55,818 nucleotides of DNA from a virus (taxonomy: Duplodnaviria; Caudoviricetes). Positions 48,852 through 55,818 of this stretch are shown piece by piece (position 1 is the first letter of the stretch; each line of letters starts with the position of its first letter). The stretch lies in the IMG/VR virus record IMGVR_UViG_3300042350_003432, positions 1-55,818 of that record; one strand, given 5' to 3'. Below the pieces are notes generated by a model that searched no databases, was not told the origin of the DNA, and was given only the letters and a program-made list of their open reading frames with translations. Both the position numbers and the translations under genes were made by a program.

Positions 48852-49385
48852 CTATTCTATTTTGTTCAAATATAATTCGTTTATTTTAGATACTAGATCG
48901 GGCAAGTCTGTATTTGGTACTAAGTCTACTTTGTAGGCTTGTAAATCCTTAGTATTGAGGGACTTTTTAGACTCATGCACAAAGTTTCTAAAGGGAATAA
49001 GAAACCATTGATCATCTGCATCTTTGGGCGTGAGACAAACTAGAATACAGGCAATAAAGCCCCACCGGTCAAGAAGTCTAAGTTCATCGATTTGTTTCTC
49101 ATTGATTGCGTCTAGTGTGATCATTGTACTTGATCTGTACTTTAGTTCAAAGAGTCCACTTTTACCATTACTTAAAAAGATTTCAAAGTCTGCGCCCGCC
49201 GCTCCAGTGTTCACCGCTAAAAACCTATGATTACTTAAGTTCTTTGATACGCGTACATATGGTTCAAATCTCTTTTTGATTAGTGCGCTATCAGTGCTTA
49301 GATAGTACGTATTCAAGCGGTCAATAAGGCGTTCATAGTAATCGCCCGCCCGCTTTGATTTCAAGCCCCGTCTTAGATTGTCCAT
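48852..49385 (-). CDS. recU: Holliday junction resolvase, RecU family
   Basis: G..YE..I...N..Y, ADF...FELK, Q..EL motifs. Confidence 0.75.
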   Translation of the reverse strand: MDNLRRGLKSKRAGDYYERLIDRLNTYYLSTDSALIKKRFEPYVRVSKNLSNHRFLAVNTGAAGADFEIFLSNGKSGLFELKYRSSTMITLDAINEKQIDELRLLDRWGFIACILVCLTPKDADDQWFLIPFRNFVHESKKSLNTKDLQAYKVDLVPNTDLPDLVSKINELYLNKIE

Positions 49386-49426
49386 TTGGTTCTATGCTCC
49401 TATGTGTAAAAGAGCATGATAACAGT

Positions 49427-49963
49427 TTAAAGAGAAAAAGATTTAACTTTATATCGTGCGCTTGATAAATATAGTTTCTTATGATCAGCTAGGAACTTTG
49501 CCCAGCGCACATTTGGTTCATGTGTATCAATTGTATTCTTGATCTCTTGCCCGATGCTTGAGACTGCATCAAACAAAGATGATACAACGTTTCTTGTGGT
49601 GATTGCTGCGGTCGCAATGCTACCGAATGAATTTCGACAAAAGACGTAGTTTTGACCGATATAATATCGCGCGCTGATCATATGTTGACCATGAGCGACG
49701 CCCATATTTAAAACTACGAATGAGTATTTATAAGCGCAATGAACTTCTAAAACATTGTTTTCACTAATGGACATATTCAACACTTGTACGCCGTCAATCG
49801 CTAATTGTTGATCAAGTTCTTGGGCTACTTCTTCTAAGCGTACAGGCAACACAATATCATTTCTTTCGCCGGTGATTGCTGCTTCAAGCACATGTTCAAT
49901 TTCGTTCATTGTGCCTGTGATTACGATTGCGCCTGTGTTTACTGTGGTTAATTGGTAGATCAT
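49427..49963 (-). CDS. hypothetical early protein
   Basis: Promoter copy B and GGAG RBS before ATG 49963. Confidence 0.7.
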   Translation of the reverse strand: MIYQLTTVNTGAIVITGTMNEIEHVLEAAITGERNDIVLPVRLEEVAQELDQQLAIDGVQVLNMSISENNVLEVHCAYKYSFVVLNMGVAHGQHMISARYYIGQNYVFCRNSFGSIATAAITTRNVVSSLFDAVSSIGQEIKNTIDTHEPNVRWAKFLADHKKLYLSSARYKVKSFSL

Positions 49964-50001
49964 TTTGTTCTCCATAGTGTGTTCTTGGTTAAGGTATATT
50001 C

Positions 50002-50043
50002 TAAATAACACAGGTTTTGTACATTGTCAATAAATTTTACAAA
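50002..50043 (-). promoter_or_regulatory. sigma70-type promoter with dyad operator (copy B)
   Basis: TTTGTAAAATTTATTGACAA; TG-t-TATTTA -10-like at 17 nt. Confidence 0.7.
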
Positions 50044-50063
50044 GTAAATAAGATAAAAGTAAA

Positions 50064-50258
50064 TTAGAACATATTGACTACATATTGTACGAGTAAACAC
50101 CAGCCAACCAACAAGGCGGGGATTAAGATCACACCTAAGACGCATACAACACAAGTCGCCACGAACGAATAAACTTCGCTTAAAAATGTATTCTTTGTTG
50201 TCTTTGTCTCTTCTTTTTGCACGATTGGGAATAGTCCGCATGGTTCAGGTTTTCTCAT
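50064..50258 (-). CDS. small putative membrane protein
   Basis: ATGA overlap with upstream gene; hydrophobic C-terminal half; ends before promoter B. Confidence 0.5.
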   Translation of the reverse strand: MRKPEPCGLFPIVQKEETKTTKNTFLSEVYSFVATCVVCVLGVILIPALLVGWCLLVQYVVNMF

Positions 50259-50584
50259 TTGCTTAGTACGCTTTCTCTTGTTTCAAGTTCATTGATTTCT
50301 TGTTTGATAAATTCGATTTTAGAGGCCAACACTGATTCAAATGTATCTTTTTTGCTTAGGTTAAAGCGTAGATACTTTGTTGTAAAGTGGCGGCCAAGGG
50401 ATACGTGAATAAATCTGTAATCATTGAATACGTTGAGTACAATGACTACATCTACTTCACCGATACACGCACTCAATAGAACTTCATGCAATTCTTCTTT
50501 GTTGTCTAGTTCTAAGCGGCGTTCTGTTACTTCCCAAGCGAGGCCGGATGGTTCAAGGCCGGCATTTAGTAAATTGGCGATCAT
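50255..50584 (-). CDS. hypothetical early protein (paralog 2)
   Basis: AGGAG RBS; LLNAGL...FIHVS shared with neighbour. Confidence 0.75.
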   Translation of the reverse strand: MIANLLNAGLEPSGLAWEVTERRLELDNKEELHEVLLSACIGEVDVVIVLNVFNDYRFIHVSLGRHFTTKYLRFNLSKKDTFESVLASKIEFIKQEINELETRESVLSK

Positions 50585-50605
50585 TTGTTTTCTCCTGTCT
50601 CTTTC

Positions 50606-50890
50606 TTAGTTTGATTGTGTGTATTGCTTAACAAAGTTACATGCCTCTACAAGTGCTTCATCAAGGCAACCATCAGCAAATTCAATTTGTGTAGCATGGT
50701 AAACAAGGGCGCTAATTGAAACATGCACATATTTTGTATGGTCCGCATAAAAGATTGTCATTGTGACATAGCGGCCAAGATAGTACGCAAACACTGTGAA
50801 GCTTTTTTCTTCTGTCTCACTTGCGTAGTCATTGATTTGGGCAACGTTCAAGCCAGCATTTAGCAAAGTGTCTTTGATTTGTGCGATCAT
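50606..50890 (-). CDS. hypothetical early protein (paralog 1)
   Basis: GGAG RBS before ATG 50890; LLNAGL...YVHVS. Confidence 0.75.
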   Translation of the reverse strand: MIAQIKDTLLNAGLNVAQINDYASETEEKSFTVFAYYLGRYVTMTIFYADHTKYVHVSISALVYHATQIEFADGCLDEALVEACNFVKQYTQSN

Positions 50891-50934
50891 TTGTTTTCTC
50901 CGTAGTGTGTGATCGTTTTTGTTAAGGTACTTTC

Positions 50935-50976
50935 TAAATAACATACGGTTTTTACTTTGTCAATAAATTTTACAAA
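50935..50976 (-). promoter_or_regulatory. sigma70-type promoter with dyad operator (copy C)
   Basis: 30 bp identical to 12547-12576. Confidence 0.75.
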
Positions 50977-51104
50977 TTAAATTGAAAATATTTTACTTGT
51001 CTTCTTTGTCTCATTTTTTCTTTGCTTCATATGCACTAAAAACACCGATCTTTTGATTGATACATATAAGCATAGTTCATAAAATCAAAGAGAAAGGATA
51101 AATC

Positions 51105-51485
51105 ATGTACGATTACGAATTACAACAATGCACCATAGAACCGCCGCCACCTAATACCCCGATCATGTATCAAGGTACTTTTGACCCAGTGAAGCACGAT
51201 AGAAGAGAACCCATTGATTTTGTTCTCTTTAACTTGCCCCTTGTTCTCATCTTTCTTTTTTGCTTAGTGGCTAGGCTGCTAAAGAAGCCCAGTAGGCAAA
51301 TCGACCATTTCACCATTCAAACAGATACTAGAATAAATCAGTTACGCCTTAGAATTGAAACACTAGAAAGACAAAGTAGACAAGACCCATTGAACCTGAA
51401 CGCAAAGATTAGCCGGTTGGAAGATATACTAAGATCACTTGAGACACCAGCCCCATTTTTACCAAAAAACACAGATCAGGACTAA
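51105..51485 (+). CDS. hypothetical membrane protein with coiled coil
   Basis: AAGGA RBS; one TM helix. Confidence 0.65.
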   Translation: MYDYELQQCTIEPPPPNTPIMYQGTFDPVKHDRREPIDFVLFNLPLVLIFLFCLVARLLKKPSRQIDHFTIQTDTRINQLRLRIETLERQSRQDPLNLNAKISRLEDILRSLETPAPFLPKNTDQD

Positions 51486-51539
51486 AGGGCTAATTTTGCC
51501 CCTGTGTCTACTATGTAGCCCCGCCCAAAAGTGGCGTTT

Positions 51540-51805
51540 TAGTTAAGATCTTGGCTAGTAGTTAAGATCTTAACTGTACATCTTAACTAGAAAATATTGT
51601 TATAGATCAATAAGTTACATAGATGATTAAGATTATTAAGATAGTTTAAGGCTTAATGATAAACTAAAAACACATAAGAAAATAAATTATGTGTTTTGTG
51701 TTTATATATAAGAGTATAGAAAAAATCTTCATTTTCCTTACCATCCTAACAGGGGCGAGTTAAACTATTGATCTATAACAATATTTTCTAGTTAAGATGT
51801 TTTTT
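51540..51805. repeat. AT-rich inverted-repeat/iteron element, copy 2
   Basis: Perfect 35-bp inverted repeat 51578-51612 / 51766-51800; 16-bp palindrome 51560-51575; inner 11-bp inverted repeat 51667-51697. Confidence 0.85.
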
Positions 51806-51924
51806 TTTAGTACCTTTTGGCATACTAACAAGACCGCCCTATCCTCATCTTCTTAATTTTTGAGGCCTAAAAAGAAAACAAGTATCATGAAAACTATAGA
51901 CCAGGACCGAAAGAGAGAACGAAC

Positions 51925-52467
51925 ATGATCGCTAGTGAATATTTTGAGATGCTTAGCGCGTCTGAATGGCAAGTGGCCAATCTAGATACTTTTCTTAGAG
52001 AAGTACAGGGCGGGGCAACCTTGAAGAATGCGGGCATATTAGCCGAGTACACGCCAAAACAGATTAAAAAGATAGAAAGTATCTATGCGCAATTTTGTAA
52101 TGATGAACTAGATGAACCATCGATTGAATTTGTTGTAGGTTTCTATGTATCCAAGGCCGTTGCGTACAGGGATAAACGATGGATAGGATTTGTAGAGGCC
52201 GGCGGCAAACAGGCGAGCGCCGGCATGTGGCTATTAGAAAGACGTGTAGGCGGTGAGTTTGGCGCACCAGTTCAAAAAGTACAGCAAGAGATCAAGGCGG
52301 GCGTTATGTACTCAAGCGTACAAGAGGCAATAGAGGCAACACAAAAGAAGCTTGGTATCAAGCAAATAGAGGAACAGGGCGACTATTGGGCAAAACTACA
52401 AACAGCCGCGGCCCTATCTCAAGAGTTGCCAGTGTTGCCCATAGAGACACCGAACAAAAAAGATTAG
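51925..52467 (+). CDS. probable terminase small subunit
   Basis: N-terminal HTH-like G.TLKNA..LA; A.MWLLERR..EFG motif common in small terminases. Confidence 0.5.
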   Translation: MIASEYFEMLSASEWQVANLDTFLREVQGGATLKNAGILAEYTPKQIKKIESIYAQFCNDELDEPSIEFVVGFYVSKAVAYRDKRWIGFVEAGGKQASAGMWLLERRVGGEFGAPVQKVQQEIKAGVMYSSVQEAIEATQKKLGIKQIEEQGDYWAKLQTAAALSQELPVLPIETPNKKD

Positions 52468-52620
52468 TGAACATGATCAAAAAATACAAAGTAGAATATG
52501 AAACTTGTTATCATGCTCTAGATTGCTTTAAAACCTATCTAAAATAGATCATACGCCCTTAGTGAATAGGTTGACTAGGTAACCATTAACAAAATAGAAA
52601 ATCATAGGGAATTAGAGCAT

Positions 52621-53343
52621 ATGAAAAAGAAATATAGTACGCGGGACTTTTTGAAACCTAAGAGCACATGTGAAGGGGCATTGATTGCGACGCGCCGCGC
52701 TTTAGCTGATTGCGAAGTACGGGGGTGGCTTGCGGAAGATTTGGGCGTCTCATATTCAAAGTTTTGTGATTACCTATCAACATATGAAGACAAAGCAAAC
52801 ATATTGCCCACTTGGTCAAAGCATTGGGACATAGCGCCCTCTATACTTCAAAAGATCGTACTCATTGATCCTAGTATTCCTAGCATACTAAAGACAACAC
52901 GAATGGAGCACGTGACGGCCTCACAGGTTCTAGCTAATTTAAAGTTCTGTGTTTCCATAGTACAAAGAAACCTAAATCAATCAATCATTGATCAAAAGAT
53001 AGCTATTCGCAAATGGACAGGCCTAAATAGTGACTATGCAATCTTAGCCCCTAGCCTGTATCACTGTTCAGAAGTCTTAATTGATGCCAGTATTGACGAG
53101 GGCGATTGTGAGTGTCATATAGATGAACGAATTCTTTTTATCGTGGCAACTTGGGGCGGGTGGCAACTAAGGGCGGAGATTGAACATTGGCTAACAAATG
53201 TAGCTACGATTTTTAGGGGCGTGTCTCTTGGTTACTATCCACATGATCAACATGTTGACTTTACAACATGCTCAATTAAGAAGGCACCTGTAGATACGCT
53301 TGAAAAACATAAGCTTGATCAAATTAGAAAAATCTTTGTTTAG
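52621..53343 (+). CDS. hypothetical protein (possible HTH)
   Basis: WLAEDLGVSYSKFCDYL HTH-like segment. Confidence 0.65.
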   Translation: MKKKYSTRDFLKPKSTCEGALIATRRALADCEVRGWLAEDLGVSYSKFCDYLSTYEDKANILPTWSKHWDIAPSILQKIVLIDPSIPSILKTTRMEHVTASQVLANLKFCVSIVQRNLNQSIIDQKIAIRKWTGLNSDYAILAPSLYHCSEVLIDASIDEGDCECHIDERILFIVATWGGWQLRAEIEHWLTNVATIFRGVSLGYYPHDQHVDFTTCSIKKAPVDTLEKHKLDQIRKIFV

Positions 53344-53353
53344 AAAGTATGCT

Positions 53354-54196
53354 ATGAAACCACTTCTTAAATATCCAGGCGGGAAGCTTGATGAACTTGT
53401 TCATATTTTGCCTGTGTTGCCTACATATAAGAGATATGTTGAACCATTTATTGGCGGGGGCGCTTTATACTTTTTCTTAGCACCTGATCAAGCCTGTATC
53501 AATGATCTAAATAGTAATGTGATCAATTTTTATAAGACAATTAGAGATGATTATGACTTGTTCATGAACCAGATTACAAAGATACATGAACTCTATCTAC
53601 ACAATCAAAATAGATACGCTAAGCAATGCGCCCAAGGTATGGAGAACCCAACAAATGAGAATGAAGCTTTATACTATGCCCTACGAAACGCGTTCAATGG
53701 TGAACCTTCTGACTATTTGCCCGCCGTCCTATACTACTTTATCAATAAAACAGCGTATGGAGGCCTTACACGATACAACAATAAAGGGCGGTTCAATGTA
53801 CCATTCGGGCGCTATGCTTCTTTTAACATTGATAGCGTGAGTAAGTATCATAGTACGTTACTACAAAATACACAGATACAAAATCAAGACTATTCAAGCA
53901 TCTTTGAGCACATAGAAACAAGTGATTTCATGTTTCTAGATCCGCCCTATGATTGCAAGTTTCATGAGTATGGTAATCAAGAGATCAAAGATGCAGATAA
54001 TGAAGCATTTCAGAGGAGACTAGCAGCCGATTTTAAGAATTTACATTGTTCGGCGCTGATGGTAGTAGCAGAAACACCATTGATCAAAGATTTGTACGCT
54101 AATTATATCTTTGCCAGCTATCAGAAAAAGTACGCCGTCAACATTAAGAACCGGTTCAATCAAGAAGTAAAGCACTTGATCATAAAAAACTATTAA
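53354..54196 (+). CDS. Dam-family DNA adenine methyltransferase
   Basis: LKYPGGK, EPFIGGG, IND.N, RYN.KG.FNVPFG, FLDPPY; specificity not determinable. Confidence 0.92.
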   Translation: MKPLLKYPGGKLDELVHILPVLPTYKRYVEPFIGGGALYFFLAPDQACINDLNSNVINFYKTIRDDYDLFMNQITKIHELYLHNQNRYAKQCAQGMENPTNENEALYYALRNAFNGEPSDYLPAVLYYFINKTAYGGLTRYNNKGRFNVPFGRYASFNIDSVSKYHSTLLQNTQIQNQDYSSIFEHIETSDFMFLDPPYDCKFHEYGNQEIKDADNEAFQRRLAADFKNLHCSALMVVAETPLIKDLYANYIFASYQKKYAVNIKNRFNQEVKHLIIKNY

Positions 54197-54271
54197 ATCT
54201 TTATTTAAATATACTATGAAAGATTAAACTTGTTAAAAGTGTTTACAAGTCACAAAACACACGAGGGAATC

Positions 54272-54571
54272 ATGAAAAAGATTAAGCCAGCACCTAGACA
54301 GGTTGTACATTTAGACCGCCCACAAACAGCGATTCTAAAGCTCATTGCCCTAATGGGCGAAGTATCACAGAAACAAGCAATCACAGCTATTTTCAATATG
54401 GGCCTTGGCGCTTTACTCAAGGCAATCAATGAAAAAGATGATATTCAGTTTCTAGCGACTCTCAAAACCTATGGCAACGATGAGACCACAGATCATTTAT
54501 TCACAGAACTTTTCAAGCTTAGTGACTCAAGGAAGGCCCACAATGAACGCACACAATCAGACGAGACTTGA
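54272..54571 (+). CDS. hypothetical protein
   Basis: GAGGG RBS before ATG 54272. Confidence 0.6.
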   Translation: MKKIKPAPRQVVHLDRPQTAILKLIALMGEVSQKQAITAIFNMGLGALLKAINEKDDIQFLATLKTYGNDETTDHLFTELFKLSDSRKAHNERTQSDET

Positions 54572-55145
54572 AATCTTTGAATTTCTTTGTTGCAAAGACC
54601 ACTTGAAAGAGAATGAACCTATGAGAAATAGAACACTATATGAAGATTTAAACAATGAACTTGCGACTTCAAAAGATATCGCTGATCTTTGCGATCGATC
54701 ATCCATTTTACTAGCAAACATTATCAAACTTGCAGACAACCCAGACGCCGTAGATATCTTCATGAAACAGGCTGAAGTTTTAAGTTACATGTTCAAAGAT
54801 ATGGCGTACAAATGCCCTAAGAAGTCCGTTCGTTCTCTTGTATCTGAATGGATCAGAGAAGAAAAGACACTACGGGAAATGGCTAAATTGCTCAATGAGC
54901 AAGGATTGACCACCAACACAGGTAAACCATGGACTTACGCGCTAGTTGCCTATACCTTCAAAGACTTGTTCGATGCAAACAAGGCAAACCCCGCACAAGT
55001 TAGCGCACCAGTTCGGGCAAAAGAATTGCGAGATCGAGGATGGACACTAGAAGCAATTGCACAGGCGCTCAATGATGAAGGATTTACCACGCTACGAGGC
55101 GGGGCGTATTCATCCGGTACTGTGCATCACCTATTGAAGGATTAA
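54543..55145 (+). CDS. protein with two recombinase-family DNA-binding (HTH) units and no catalytic domain
   Basis: TLREMAKLLNEQGLTTNTGKPWT and TLEAIAQALNDEGFTTLRGGAYS. Confidence 0.7.
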   Translation: MNAHNQTRLEIFEFLCCKDHLKENEPMRNRTLYEDLNNELATSKDIADLCDRSSILLANIIKLADNPDAVDIFMKQAEVLSYMFKDMAYKCPKKSVRSLVSEWIREEKTLREMAKLLNEQGLTTNTGKPWTYALVAYTFKDLFDANKANPAQVSAPVRAKELRDRGWTLEAIAQALNDEGFTTLRGGAYSSGTVHHLLKD

Positions 55146-55147
55146 CT

Positions 55148-55288
55148 ATGAACGCTATTATGATTGCCAGCCTTGGGCTACTACGACAGATTGCCGAACC
55201 TATCCTAAGGGAAGATGAAACAATTCAAAGAAGAGTCTTAGATTTCTTAGATACCTTGATCAGTGAACTTGAGGGAATTGATAAATGA
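55148..55288 (+). CDS. small hypothetical protein (46 aa, not in ORF track)
   Basis: MNAIMIASLGLLRQIAEP...LEGIDK fills the gap; AAGGA RBS; ATGA overlap with next gene. Confidence 0.6.
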   Translation: MNAIMIASLGLLRQIAEPILREDETIQRRVLDFLDTLISELEGIDK

Positions 55289-55746
55289 AGATCAAAGAAC
55301 AGATACAGGAACTAAGAGAACAAATCGCACGCTTAACGATGCACCTTGTCAATAAGAATGAAGTACTTAGAGAACATAGATATGAGATTGCCAGCCTCAA
55401 AGAAGAAAACAAGCTATTGAGGGCGTGCGTAGATGAAACACGCTTAAAAGTACTAGCGTTATTCCTGAAACAAGATATTCATCATCCAGTTTATTCCCAT
55501 GACTTTGAAACATTGTATCAGTCGATCGGTGATTACTTCTTTTCGCCGATCATGGCAGACAATGTGTATCCCGCCCTTTTTGCGTCTGAAGACTTAGCAC
55601 ATAAAAACATTTGTATTCATGCACTCTATGAGCAAATGAAAGACAATGAACGCACGCTTGAAGATGCAAGGATAATAGAAATCATTGAGAAGGCTAGCCA
55701 GTACCGAGCAGCACAGAACCAACAGGGCAAGAACGATGAAGAGTGA
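55285..55746 (+). CDS. hypothetical coiled-coil protein
   Basis: ORF track; coupled start. Confidence 0.65.
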   Translation: MKIKEQIQELREQIARLTMHLVNKNEVLREHRYEIASLKEENKLLRACVDETRLKVLALFLKQDIHHPVYSHDFETLYQSIGDYFFSPIMADNVYPALFASEDLAHKNICIHALYEQMKDNERTLEDARIIEIIEKASQYRAAQNQQGKNDEE

Positions 55747-55818
55747 GCACCTAAAACAAAGAATGAATCAAGTCTTAGTACTTGCTCAATCGTCTAAATG
55801 CCCACGAAAACAATTCGG
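55736..55818 (+). CDS. probable dCMP deaminase (3'-truncated)
   Basis: MKSEHLKQRMNQVLVLAQSSKCPRKQFG matches the M..A...A..S.C.R..VG start of dCMP deaminases; thyX and nrdJ are in the genome. Confidence 0.55.
   Translation, partial: MKSEHLKQRMNQVLVLAQSSKCPRKQF

Noticed and set aside
49960-50241. 93-aa minus-strand ORF
   Set aside because: Runs through promoter copy B; the coupled 50064-50258 frame is the better call.
51521-51540. CGCC-N7-GGCG-TTTT as a terminator
   Set aside because: Only a 4-bp stem; too weak to call.
54471-55145. Serine integrase implying a temperate lifestyle
   Set aside because: Only DNA-binding units are present; no catalytic domain or att-like context.
1-55818. Alternative genetic code or stop-codon reassignment
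   Set aside because: Standard code gives dense, full-length genes ending in TAA, TAG and TGA.
1-55818. Host assignment
   Set aside because: Structural genes resemble phages of Firmicutes, but nothing in the window identifies the host reliably.

Overview
The whole window is a gene-dense, AT-rich (about 38% GC by eye) segment of a lytic-looking contractile-tailed dsDNA phage. No integrase, tRNA, rRNA or CRISPR array was seen. Layout: (1) 1-23.2 kb, + strand: C-terminus of a ddrB/ParB-type large protein, then an SPO1/Twort-like head-neck-sheath-tube-chaperone-tape-measure-baseplate module, interrupted by a minus-strand C5 methyltransferase island. (2) 23.5-32.4 kb, +: replication genes (PrimPol-helicase, PD-(D/E)xK nuclease, SF2 helicase, SSB, family A polymerase). 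(3) 32.4-40.7 kb, -: terminase large subunit, tail fibre cluster and lysis genes. (4) 40.8-55.8 kb, mixed: transglycosylase, beta clamp, class II RNR with a mini-intein, thyX, recU, three more methyltransferases, small early genes, probable terminase small subunit and the start of a dCMP deaminase. Most unusual observations: (a) CTGG appears completely absent from the + strand while CCAG is abundant, regardless of gene orientation; (b) a C5 methyltransferase encoded by two near fully overlapping same-strand frames (549 and 523 aa), the second holding motif IX and four exact 46-aa TRD-like repeats; (c) a ~60-nt promoter-to-terminator RNA whose hairpin is complementary to the ribosome-binding sites of early genes; (d) a ~250-bp inverted-repeat element present twice, 28.4 kb apart. 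All calls come from manual reading and motif recognition; no searches or counts were run by machine.
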